Shown: one piece after another, positions 26,523 to 38,618 of the stretch | Numbering within the stretch: position 1 is the first letter of the stretch | How the letters are laid out: each line of letters opens with the position of its first letter | Origin: Pecten maximus | Taxonomy: Eukaryota | DNA length: 64,000 nucleotides | Assembly (NCBI RefSeq): GCF_902652985.1 | Contig: NC_047018.1 | Span: 48,236,001-48,300,000, forward strand | Direction: 5' to 3' | Notes under the pieces: model-generated | Told to the model about the DNA's origin: nothing | Databases searched by the model: none | The model's input: the letters and a program-made list of their open reading frames with translations, nothing else | Made by a program: the position numbers and the translations under genes

Positions 26523-28541
26523 AGACAATTCAGTTAAGTACCGTACTCGAGATTTGTTTGATTGTCAGCTTAATGACGAGAATTATGAAATTTCAGAAAA
26601 CCAGATTTCACGTGATTCAAAGCCAATCTCCAGTGTTAAAGGTCGTTTGAAAAATTCGTTAGACTATTGGAAAAACTGTGTAGAAGCAAACGATTATATT
26701 TTGAGCGTTTTATCTGATGGTTATTTAATACCTTTTGTATCCACTCCATACAAGAAATGTAATAATAACAATAAATCAGCTATGAACCATTCAGAATTTG
26801 TAACGGAGGCTATCTTAGAATTGTTACAAGCAGGGAGTGTAGTTGAAAAGTTTGAAATTCCACATGTTGTAAACCCGTTGTCCGTTTCGGTTAATGCCAG
26901 CGGCAAAAAAGTCTGATTTTAGATCTGCGTGAAGTAAACTTTCATGTTTGGAAAGAGAAAATTAAATTTGAAGACTGGAAAACAGCTATGGATTACATCG
27001 TACCGAACGGGTACATGTTTAAGTTTGATTTGAAATCGGGTTATCACCACGTGGACGTTCATTCTTCTCATCAAAAATATTTAGGTTTTTCATGGGTCAT
27101 TGACGGGAGAATTAGGTATTTTTGTTTTACTGTTCTTCCTTTCGGTCTTTCTTCAGCCCCGTACATTTTTACAAAAGTGCTCCGACCCCTCGTTAAATTC
27201 TGGAGGAAAAATGGAATTTGTATTGTTGTGTATCTTGATGACGGATGGGGTATACGTTTAGATTTTGACACCTGTAAAGGTCATTCAGATTTCGTCAGAC
27301 AGAGTCTTGTTTTTGCTGGTTTTGTAGCTAATGATGGAAAGTCTATTTGGCAACCCACGCAAAGATTAGAATGGTTAGGGATTAATTGCGATTTGGTTAT
27401 CAACGCTACATCAATTCCTATAAGGAGGCTAGATAGTCTTACTCAAGTTCTTAGGAAGATCTGTACCCCCGGGTGTGTGGTGACAGCACGTCAAGTAGCT
27501 AGTGTCACGGGCAAAATCATATCCATGTCCCCTGTCTTGGGTAATATAACTCGATTGATGTCTAGGTATTTATACAGGTTGGTCGTGAAAAGGTCGTCTT
27601 GGGATTCCGCTTTCGTGATAGACAAAGATAACGAATGTTGGAGTGAAATGATGTTCTGGCTTTCTAAGGTTAACTCTCTCAATTTGAAGTATATAAGCAA
27701 TCGTATCCAAAAAAGTAAATGTGTCGTATACTCTGATGCGAGTAGTCATTCTTGTGGAGCTTATGTAGTGGAAGTTGACAATGCAGTATTTCATCAAACT
27801 TGGTCGTATGAAGAGTCTCTCAAAAGCTCAACTTGGAGGGAGCTCTATGCTATTCAGTTAGCAATGTCAGAATTTCGAGATATATTGAGAGGTCAAATAA
27901 TCACATGGTATACTGATAATCAAAATTGCGTCAGAATTATTGAGAGCGGAAGTTCGGTGTTAGAGCTTCAAGTTTTAGCCTTGAAAGTTTTCCAGTTAGG
28001 TATCTCTCTTAATTTGTCGCTTACAGTTGAATGGATCCCTCGGTCTGACAATGAGAAAGCTGATTACATCAGTAAGATCATATACTATGATGATTGGGGT
28101 ATATCAAAAGATTTTTTCGAGTTTTTGAATGATATGTGGGGCCCACATACTGTGGACCGATTTGCTAATCATTTCAATTCTAAAACATTGAGATACAATT
28201 CAAGGTTCTGGTACGCTGATTCTGAAGCAGTTGATGCGTTTTCCCAAGATTGGTCGAATGACAATAATTGGCTTGTTCCTCCTGTATATTTAGCTCCTAG
28301 GGTGATAAAATACATGATAGATTCACGATCTTCTGGTACGTTAGTGCTTCCCAAGTGGATTTCGGCCCCCTTTTGGCCCTTACTTTTCGGTGATCACCTA
28401 GAAACCCAAACCTGTATAAGCGACATTCTTGTTTTCACTGAAAGTGACCGCATTTTCGTACCGGGATCACACAAATCGCTGTTTAATTCAGTTGATTTTA
28501 AGGGGCACGTGCTTGTAGTACGTTTTGATTATCAACAATAA
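26521..28541 (+). CDS. pol: DIRS/Ngaro pol: reverse transcriptase, RNase H and N6-adenine methyltransferase-like domain, with one frameshift near 26910 (5' boundary approximate)
   Basis: VNPLSVS..SGKK/LILDLR, FDLKSGYHH, LPFGLSSAP, YLDD, YSDAS, TDNQN, WIPRSDNEKADYISK and VDRFA..DAFSQDW..WLVPP. Confidence 0.92.
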
Positions 28542-28677
28542 GTTGTAGCCAGGTGATTGGTTAGTGGTGATTGTGAGTGCGTGATCAGCTAGAAGGACTG
28601 TGATTGGCTGACACGACACACCCACTTACTATCATCGTATGTAGTTGTAGTTTTGTGCACTCATGTGGAACCGACAA

Positions 28678-28907
28678 GGCCACTTGCATTGACTCGAGAT
28701 GTATATATTGTTGTGCGGCCACTTGGACATTGACATGAAGCATGTATTGTTACAATTGATGCCACTTGGCTTTTGACTGAAAATTACTTTGAGGCCACTT
28801 GGCTGTTGAAATGAATAATTAGCTTTTTTGTTTGCTTATGTCATGAAAATATCATGAGGCCACTTGGCATTTGATATGAATATACGAGGAGGCCACTTGG
28901 CTTTTGA
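28678..28907 (+). repeat. Six interspaced copies of GGCCACTTGGCWKTTGA between pol and the recombinase gene
   Basis: Copies start at 28678, 28717, 28760, 28793, 28858 and 28891. Confidence 0.85.
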
Positions 28908-29048
28908 TAATAGTGTACATGTACACTTTTTAGATAATTGATGTTTAGAGTATATTTATTGGATTTACTCAGCTTGTGGACACATGAAGGTTAATTTGTT
29001 GTTGTTGTTTTTTTTTATAATTTTTTAGTGGTGATCATAATGAAATAA

Positions 29049-30095
29049 ATGTTGTTGATTAGAGTTTGTTTACACGTTACAGATATTTTCTCGAATGGTA
29101 TTTGGAAGGAGCGTTCCTTAATAAAAGACGCTAGTCTACGTAGTCTGGCTTCTGACCTACACGACTTCGTGCTAAAATCAAGGGCATATTCTACCAGTAA
29201 AGTTTACCAAAGGCGATTTAAAAAGTGGGTTGAATGGTGCAGCCTTTACCCAGAGATCACCCCTATTCCAGCCAAGGAATTCCATGTTGCGTTGTATTTA
29301 AAACAGATCGCAGAGTCTTCAAAAAGTTCTACTGCGATTGATCAAGTATTTTATGCTATCGGTTGGGCCCACGATTTGGCAGGATTGCATAACCCTTGTA
29401 AATCAGCGTTCGTCAATCACGTGAGAGAAGCTGCCCGCAGGCAATTAAAGACATCCGTTATTAAAAAAGAACCGCTTACTCCAGAACATTTGAAAAGCTT
29501 AGTCTCGAATTTTGCGGGTCATAGAGCTAATTTGAGTGATTTAAGGCTTGTAACATTGTGCCTGTTAGGATATTCTGCATTTTTACGTTTTTCGGAAATT
29601 TGTAATATTAGAAGATCAGACTTAATGTTTTTCGAGTCGCACATGAATATAAACATACCAAAGAGTAAAAAGGACATTTACAGAGAGGGTAACACAGTTT
29701 CAATAGCTAAGCTAGATTCCCAATGTTGTCCTGTTTCTATGACACTTAGGTATTTGCAGCTTGCTGAAATTCCTCACGATTCTTCCGAATTTATATTCAG
29801 ATCTTTGTCATTTTGTCCAAAATCGAACTCCTATAAATTAAGAGGTACTTCACCGTTATCATACACTAGGGCCAGGGAGGTGTTACTTGAAAAACTGTCA
29901 AGCATAGGACTTGACCCTTCAAAATTTTGTCTACATAGTTTGAGGTCTGGCGGTGCGTCGGCTGCGGCTAATTGTGGGGTATCTGACAGATTATTCAAAG
30001 CGCATGGTCGATGGAGGTCAGAAACTGCCAAAGATGGCTATGTGAAAGACAAGCTTGAGTCAAAATTATTTGTATCAAAGAATTTGGGTTTGTAA
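29049..30095 (+). CDS. Tyrosine recombinase of the DIRS/Ngaro element
   Basis: Catalytic motifs FLRFSE, KSKKD, HSLRSGGAS and HGRWRS...GY; open 348-aa frame; possible splice acceptor (TTACAG) near 29082. Confidence 0.93.
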   Translation: MLLIRVCLHVTDIFSNGIWKERSLIKDASLRSLASDLHDFVLKSRAYSTSKVYQRRFKKWVEWCSLYPEITPIPAKEFHVALYLKQIAESSKSSTAIDQVFYAIGWAHDLAGLHNPCKSAFVNHVREAARRQLKTSVIKKEPLTPEHLKSLVSNFAGHRANLSDLRLVTLCLLGYSAFLRFSEICNIRRSDLMFFESHMNINIPKSKKDIYREGNTVSIAKLDSQCCPVSMTLRYLQLAEIPHDSSEFIFRSLSFCPKSNSYKLRGTSPLSYTRAREVLLEKLSSIGLDPSKFCLHSLRSGGASAAANCGVSDRLFKAHGRWRSETAKDGYVKDKLESKLFVSKNLGL

Positions 30096-30730
30096 CTTGA
30101 TGTTAGTTCTTACAAAGTTCTATGTACATTTTAAGGGATTACATGGTAATAAACATGTTAACAGTGTATCCCGTTCTTTGTTGTCTGTACGTCCTCATAT
30201 AGCTAGGCGGACTAACTCCCAGTAATGAGTTTGAGTTTATATGATAAATAATTTATGTTCGTTTGAGAGAAACGAATTAGAATATAAATAGATTTATCAT
30301 AGTTATGTAAATGAGTGTATGGGTAAGTCCGGGTCAGAGTTCAGCACGTGCCGCATTATTGGCACGTGCGATAGGTAGTCTTAGGACAGTGATGACACGT
30401 ACAGGTGTCTGTGTTTGTCTAGCCATTGTACTATACGGACTTCCCACCCACCCACCCCTTTTTGAATCGTCTGTGTCTACTTTTGTTTTCGTTCTGTGAT
30501 TGTAGAACCTTTATTGGACGGACACAACATGGATGTTTGTAACACTCCGAAGTCGGATTGAAGCGAAGACACAATGAGAAAGTGATGGACTCTGTGCTTG
30601 TGATTTATTGTTATATCTAAAGTGAATAAAGTACGTCCTCATATAGCTAGGCGGACTAACTCCCAGTAATGAGTTTGAGTTTATATGATAAATAATTTAT
30701 GTTCGTTTGAGAGAAACGAATTAGAATATA

Positions 30731-30928
30731 ACAATCGTTTGTTGAGCGATCTCGACCGGACGTGGTAACTTCTTTCAGTCCTTTATCATGACGGCTCCTA
30801 TTCAGGGGAGTTCTAGCCGCCCGATACCTTCCAACTCTAGGTGTGCTGGTGTCACGTGGATAAAATGGCAATCCATCGAATCCTGAATCCGCCAAACGTT
30901 CGTTGATGAACGTCTTGACCTGCTCCAT
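30731..30928 (-). CDS. N-terminal part (MEQVKTFINE...) of the two-TM ORF of element A, separated from the rest by the DIRS insertion
   Basis: ATG about 30 nt after the PBS; joins 25560 in frame (...STNDC|CSLVMCT...) when the DIRS element is removed. Confidence 0.65.
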
Positions 30929-30958
30929 AGTAAATACTGGTGTGAAATGTCTCAACTG

Positions 30959-30979
30959 AATCCCTAACCGCTGCCACCA
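30959..30979 (-). promoter_or_regulatory. Primer-binding site of element A, complementary to the tRNA-Leu 3' end
   Basis: TGGTGGCAGCGGT 2 nt after the 5' LTR end. Confidence 0.85.
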
Positions 30980-33571
30980 ATTGTAGAGAAAATAGCCGGG
31001 GAACTATAATCAAAGTCCCGCAGCCCTCGGTAGGTGTCCTCGAGGTAGCGTCAGACACCCGCCACAATACCCGAGTTTAGAATTAAATAGTGTGGGTCGT
31101 CGAGAATAACAATTCAACACCGTCGGAAAGTTTCAGTCTATGTATTCAGCAACATCAGCATACGTAGCAACATCCAGCAAAGTAACACCTAGGCACTCCA
31201 ACTCGATCTCTCCCTCGAACTGCAACTAACTCCCTGCACTCCACGAACTCAACTGCACGAACGCCCTCTCTGAACTGAACTCCCTCTCTGACATGAACTT
31301 TCAACCCTTTTATACCAAAACCTAACGGAGCGCTACCGGAGCCCTGCCGGAGCGGTGTCGGAGCGGTGCACACCTGTACCACAGGCGCTTGCCTAGAAAA
31401 TATCACTTTCGATTTTTTTTTTATATGACAGCGGTATGTGTAATGTGTAAGAGGGAAGGTTGGCAACTACGCCACGAGCGAAACGGCACCCCATCTCACT
31501 TCAATCGACTAAAAAACACATGTATTCAAACTGACATGGCGCATACTATATGCGACCGTCATCAGAAAACATTCATCTTTAACCTACCGTGCCACTCAAT
31601 ACGAATTGTTACATCCAAAACACAATAATCCGTGAAAACATCGCCGAATTCCTCGCTCAGAACGCCATTTCTCAAACTGCTCCCTGAGCCTGTCCAGATT
31701 CTTCATTTACATACGAAGTTGAAACGTCATGTGATTGTATAATCGGCTGCCGCCAGGTGCACTTTCGGGGGTCATCTCCGCATACTTTTTCGAGATTTCA
31801 TCGAATGAAATTGACAACTGTTGGAACTGTCGAGGCTTCAAGCAAGATAAGTTCATCGTGAAGACAACTCTAATTACTCCAGAAATGGATCCCAAGGCAC
31901 ACAGTTTTGATATGTTGTTTTGGTATATTTTCATCCTTTCAGAAACATGATTTTCGGTGTTATTCAGGTTATAGGAAGTCTTCCATGTGTTTACAAAATT
32001 ACCAGTAGGCTTACAGTAGCCCATAGAATAGTTCATATTACTAGGCATGTTAGGCTTAGATACTGTGGGTAAACGGCTTTAAAAGTTTAACCACGTGTTT
32101 ACAAAATTACCAGTACAGATTAATCCATTTAACTATATCTGTAGGCGCCTAGATACATGTACTTTGGGCGAAGGGCTTGACGTTACTGTCGGTTTTCTGC
32201 CCCCGAAACGTACGATGCGAAGTCGACACTTTTCAGCTTCGTATTCTATGTCAACATCCCATAATAAATCATTCTGCCAATGTATATCAACTCGAGTTGA
32301 TCTTAAACTATCGTGTAAGGCAGTCCTATATTATGGTCATGTGGACGCATTAACCTATGCAGTCACATTGGTTTTATTTTATTGGGTTTTTTTAATGTTT
32401 TTAGATCTAGGGTCCATTTGAAAGGGACGGTAGATCTATCTAACTAAGTGCAGGTTAGGCCTAGATTCTTAATATTGTGTTGGCTGTTTGCCCAAGGAAT
32501 TGGACATGTCAGTATTTAGGTGTATCTCACCCGCTGTGTATGTTACGTATGCGTATGCGTACTGTGCGTACACGGAATGTGTATATATTCGTGTGTATGG
32601 GGCCAGGTTTTGTGTACAAAACCTAGTTTTAAGACTATTTGACACCTTTGATTTTTTATTTGATGGGTGTTTTGTGTAGTTAGGTTTATTGTATGATTTA
32701 GAAGAAGTAGGCGTTTAGCATAAATGACACAATTTGTAAATATCATATACATATCATACATACTTGCATATAGACGTATGTTATTGTTAGATACAGTGAT
32801 AATTGTAGTATCCTAATGATAGAATCTGTATATTGTAGCTTTCCAACTATGGTCAAGCGCTGTAATGACAGGAGACCATAATACAGATGGTCCCGGGGAG
32901 TACAACGTTTTGTCAGTGTCCATTTGAAATTAACCAGTATGTTAAAGGAAGTGACTGGTCTATGTGACCCATACCTGGATACGTACCTTATGTATGGTCT
33001 GTGTGACCTACATGCTACCTGCTTTTGCTGGTCTGTGTGACCTACATGCTACCTGCTGTTGCTGGTCTGTGTGACTTACACACTACTCACTGTTTAAGTT
33101 CTGTGCGACTCACATCTTACATGTTGATCTGTGTGACCTACATGCAACTGATTGTGACTGGTCTGTGTGACCTACATATACCCATATTGATCCATGTATT
33201 GGATGTCGTCAGAGGAGTAACTATTGGATACAGACCCGTTGGAAAGACTGTATTTACTATTATATTTTGATAACCGTAAAGTACTTCATAGGTAATTGAG
33301 CTATAGAGAGAGGGAGAGAGAACTAGTTGAATGTGAGAGCGTTCATTTACTGTGTAATTATTGTTGTAAATAAATTGTATATATTGAATCTCAGTATTTG
33401 ACCTTATGTATTAGGGAAGTGAGCAATCCCGTTCAGTTCCCGTTACACATACCAATTGATATATTTTAAGTATTTGTTGACAAACATTTGTGAGACATGT
33501 TATGCTGTTCTCCAACAGCTCTTGTTGCAATTTTGCAAAAGCATTCCCTGGGATCAACCAAGTTTAGCTAA

Positions 33572-36500
33572 TTTAGGTCATCTGACCCGAATGGTCAGGA
33601 TAACCTATAGTCATCATGCATCGTCAGTCATTATCTGCCGTCCCTAAACTTTTAATTCAAACAACTTCTTCTTGATAACCAGAAGGGTGAGGGATACACA
33701 TATTTTGCATGTAGCTTCCTTGGATAAAGCTCTACCAAGTTTGTTCAAGTGGATGACCTTGACCTACTTTCAAGGTCACAGGTGTCAGTCTTAATTCTTC
33801 AAACAACTTCTCAATAACCAAGTGGCCCAGGGACTTGAGCCTGTAGCATGCTCAGGTGAAGAGCTACCAAGTTTGTTCAAATGAATGATCTTGACCTACA
33901 TTAAAGATCACAGGGTTCAAATAGGCTTATATCTTTAAACAATGAGTTTTTGATAGCAAGGAGCTCTGTTATGTGATATCAGGCCAATAGTTTGCTGGAA
34001 TGAAGGAATAGAAAATGTATTGACCTGAATAAACCTAGCCTACAATGATATTTGAATAAAGTGGTAATCTGCAAAGTATTTGCAGAAATGACCTAGATAT
34101 ACTTACAGGTAGAGTCATGTGGGCAATTCAGGCCCATTTGACCTCTTGTTGCATCTTTCTGATCTCGAACCTAGAAATGCCCCTTTAATTACTTGTTATA
34201 GTAGTATGATGTACTCAAAGTAAAAAGTCAGATGACCGTTAAGGCCCATCGGGCCTCTTGTTTTGTCCCTTACCCCAGGGGCTTGAGGATTGGAGTGAAA
34301 GAGGGTAAAATTTGCTGAAATTCCATGACTCAGATATGGTAGAATCAAATAATCTTCATAAATATGTATATATATATATTCTTGACCTGGGGGTCTCGCA
34401 TTCCCCCTGGGAAAAATAGATTTAATTTTGAAAACCTCAAGAAATTTCTACATATTAATGTATATAGGGATTGAACGGTGTTTATTGGGTCACCTGAGAC
34501 AAAGTCTCAGTTGACCTACTGCGATCACCTTTTGTCTGGCCGCCTGTGTCGTTAGGCATCTGTCGTAAACAATTTACATTTTCAACTTCTTCTCAATTAT
34601 CAACAGAACAACAGACCTGATATTGGGGCTGTAGAATGCAGAGTTGAAAGGCTACCAATTTCATTCAAGGTCACAAAGGTCAAATAGACTAAATTCTTTA
34701 AACAATGATTTCTTGATAGCAAAGAGACCTGGATGTCAGGCTAGTTGTGTACTGGAATGAAGGGCTAGAAAATTTATTGACATGAATAAACCAAGCCTCA
34801 CTGATATTTGAATAAAGTGGTTATCAGCATACTAGTATCTGCAGAAATAACCTAAATCAACTTCAAAGTTGCTGTAGAGCCATGTGAGCAATACAGGCCC
34901 ATTGGGCCTCTTGTTTTTGTTAAATTCACATATTCTATGCAAGGGCCTGTGATCTAGGGCCAGAGGTGTGGGGCCCAATAGAGAAAATAGATGCATTAAG
35001 TCATTAAGAAGCTAAGAACATAATATATTTTGACAAAGTTTGATCTAAAGCATCCTTTACAGAATGGGAACCAAGCTTTTATAAACTGGGCTCAATAGAG
35101 GAAATATAGCAAATTCTTAAACATGTTTTTTTTTGTATAAGAAAAAAACTGAGTGAAGGAGAACCAATTTTGTACAAACATACAAATTAAAGTAAATCTT
35201 TTAAATTGTTACTTAGTTCATTTAGTCTTGAACAACAGTTGAATGGATATTGATGAAATTTTTGTCTGGAACATTATTGACCTACAGAGAGAGATCTAAT
35301 AGTTTGTAATTTTCCCTTTCTTTTTTTCATTCTTACTAATCTGGTAACATTAACATATATGGAACCTACATATAAAGTTTGAGAAACACTCTTCCAGTAC
35401 TTTTCAAGAAATTACAATAACAAACATCAATGGTCATAATCAAAGATTGCCACCTGTCTAACTATAGTTTATGGATGGTGATATGGACAAGATCAACTTG
35501 TGGGGCAAGTGATTTGTCTGTGTATTTGTGGGATGCAAGCCACAAGTTTGAATTCGATACAGACATCACATTTCATTTTCGTTCATTCCGTCACAAAAAA
35601 AGCACAATCGAATTGAGTTTAATGATAAATTGTAGGAAAAAAAACCCAAATTTACATTAAATTTCATCTCCTATAGGTGACAAAAAAATTGCACCGAATG
35701 AATTTTGCCATACTGTGGCATCCATTGTCCGTCCACCAACAAGCAATTTCTTCTTCATAACCGCGATCGGAATTGAAGAAAAATTGACTGGTAGCATCAT
35801 TATGGGTGGGGATTAGAAATTGTACAAATGGTGGGGCTGAGGGGCCGGGCAAAACAGGGGTCAAATTGGTTTAATTGATATAAACGACTTCTTCTATGCA
35901 ACTCAGCAATCAGTATCCCTCATATTTGACTGGTAGCTAAGCTCCTTATCGGGTAGGGTTTCAAAATTGTACAAATGGTTGGGTTGACCCCTTTGGGGGC
36001 CTTGAGGGGCAAGGCCAAAAGGGGGCTCATTTGGCAATATTGATATCAATGACTTCTTCTCTGGGACTAGGCCATGTATGATATTGATATTTCAGTGGTA
36101 ACATCCCTGGGAGGTTTGGATTTAAATTTATACAAATAATGAGGCTGACACCCTCTCCCACCAACCCCCAACCCAAAGGGTTTGGGGTCTTTCTCCACCC
36201 TTGAAGACTTCTTTCTTTACTTTTAATTTTGAAACCATTCAGAGATCCCCACCCTACAATCATATATAGCTTCCCTCACTCGTTGGATCAAGAGATGAAC
36301 CTAATTCTGATGTAAAAGTAGGCCCAGGGTTCTTTCCCAACCCCAAGGCACTTATTGTTTCTTTAAATACAATCATGTTGAATCTTGCCTTCATTTCTGG
36401 GTTATATCTTTGAAGCATCTGAGATCCCCACAACTTAAGTATACATCAACAAATAAAGCTATTTTCAAATGGAACATACACATTATTTTGATGTTTGCTT

Positions 36501-37290
36501 AAAAAAATTAGGTGAGTGATACAGGTCCTCTGGGCCTCTTGTTATTGTATACAGATGGAAAGAAAAAAAGTAGAGAAAGGATGAATTTTTTTTTAAAATG
36601 GTAAAATGGTAGGTTCCAATATCATTTTTCTCGAGTGAATTATTGTGATCACCTTAAAGCTTTTATCCATGCATTGTTGTGCATCATCCACCTTTAGTTG
36701 TTAAGCAATTTTCGACTTCTTCTGAAAAACAAATCATGTCGAATGCAAAAAGACTAGCACAGGGTCATATGATATTGAGTTATTAGCATGCTGGGATGAA
36801 GGGCTATCAAATCTATTCTAGATATGAGGTCACTAAGGTCAGATGTGTTTAATTTAATTATTAATCATCATTATTATTAATCATAGAACTACTGTATTTT
36901 AAGATAAACTGCTTCTGTACAAGAAATCTCAAACACCCTTTTATTATATCACCTGAGACAAAGTCTCATTTCAACCTATCGCTATCACCTTTTGTCTGTG
37001 GTGTCATGTGTTGTCCAGTATGTGACATAAACAATTTACATTTTTGACAAATTCTTGTCAATAACAAGGAGGCCCAGACTCATGATATAGTATGCTGTGA
37101 TGAAGGGCTTACAAAGTTGATTTAAATTATTAAATCTAGCCTACTATTACATTGAATCAACTGGTGATCAGCATAGCAATGACCTAGATCAACTTCATAT
37201 TTGCATTAAAATATAATATCCAAGAAATGGATCTTCACTGCCTGGTTTCCATTCAGCATATGAGCAATTCAGGCCCTTTGGGCTTTTGGT
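33572..37290. mobile_element. Cluster of several pearl/HINE-like elements (about 33572-34150, 34485-34915, 35700-36543 and 36945-37290)
   Basis: Repeated TCACCTGA starts, TGACCT/AAGGTCA cores and AGGCCC..GGGCCTCTTGTT hairpin ends; same family as 15821-16692. Confidence 0.7.
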
Positions 37291-37815
37291 TTCATTGTTA
37301 ACATGGATTAAAAGGGGTATTAACCTCAGCATACATAGGGTTCTGTCCCCGAGACATACCAGTCTATAAGCTTAGCATATAAGAATTATATTTGTTATTT
37401 ACTACTTGAAAATGCTCATCATTTTGGAAGTGGGATGACTAGTTTTCCTTTTTAATCATTATAATGACTATAATTATAAAGTCAACTCCCAATTCCTGCT
37501 ATAACAAGGAGACAAACATTAAACTTACTTCATCCTCCCAAAACACATATTCATTCACTATATCCATGCATTTTACACAAAAGATATTGATCTACTTTAC
37601 ATGTATATGACCAAACTGTAGATTGAATGTTATAAATTACAAAACATGCAAATCAGTGAACAATGCAGGCCCATCAGGCCTCTTCTACATTGATACAATA
37701 TGATTGAACCTTTTATAAGCACCTAACAATAGTAAAAAACATTTTGACACATGACTTTTTTGTATTTGTAATGTTTGACATAGTGAACTGGAGTATATGA
37801 ATAGATATCTGGAAG

Positions 37816-38618
37816 TTAGAATTGAAAAAAGTGATTACATGTATTATATAACAATAGTTTTGAAACTTCATCTTCATCTACACAAAGCTGCAGAACATCA
37901 GATTGGGGAGTGTTGTCTTTGATGATGCTGTGGTGAAACCTGGTCATCCATACCTTGCTAAGTAAAGGACAAGGATGGACACCATCAGAAAGCAAACCCA
38001 TTTGGTATGACTTTCTGGTGCTGCCTTTTCCTGACCTATACCTATATCTAAAGAAAATTTCATGCAAAAATTACAATTTAGATAATTGATTTTGTAGTTG
38101 AGCAGAGTTACCTGTCGATCCAGTTCTCGGTCTTGGTCAGCAAATTCACTGGAGTTTGGGTGACCTCTATTCCCATTCCACAACACCACAGAAATTGGTG
38201 GAATCTCCACGAAAACTACCTTTGTGTTGTGAAGGCTTGACATGAACTGTTTTCCCCTATTGTACTCTGATATTATGTGGTTTTCACTTTCGTCATTATA
38301 ATTACGGACTTTAATGCACTTCCCCTCTTTTTTAGTGAGGTCGCAAGTACCCAACCATAAATAGACAATAACATCAGTAAATTGAGTTTCGTTCTTTTTC
38401 AGATGATCAGTCAGTCGATTGACACCTTCTGTTGTGGTACAGCCTGGTTTACAAACAAAATGAATTTGTGGAGATCTTAAATTGTTCACTCTTTCGACAT
38501 GCAAACCTTTACTATCTGAAACAATCACAGGTTGTGTTGAGAGATAACCTGGCATAGTAAACCTACAAGTATCATAGTTCACACCTCTGCTTACATATTT
38601 TTCAAGTTTACAAGCCAT
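37816..38618 (-). pseudogene. SGNH/GDSL-hydrolase-like ORF with one frameshift near 38045
   Basis: Block I VIVSDSKG, block II KPG, block III LWLGTCDL and block V LSDGVHP (in the second frame). Confidence 0.75.

Larger units (their letters stand above)
25560..30731 (+). mobile_element. DIRS-order (Ngaro/PAT-type) tyrosine-recombinase retrotransposon with split direct repeats
   Basis: A1 25560-25714, B1 30187-30287, A2 30286-30440, B2 30631-30731 (A1-ORFs-B1-A2-B2 layout); gag, RT/RNase H/MT and YR ORFs; no TSD. Confidence 0.95.

Noticed and set aside
28678-28907. CRISPR array
   Set aside because: The repeats are only about 17 bp and degenerate, the spacing is irregular and the context is a eukaryotic retroelement without cas genes; kept as a motif array instead
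32861-33447. Possible solo LTR (TGTAAT...GTTACA, AATAAA, internal TGTGACCTACAT repeats)
   Set aside because: No matching TSD or second copy found, so the boundaries cannot be supported
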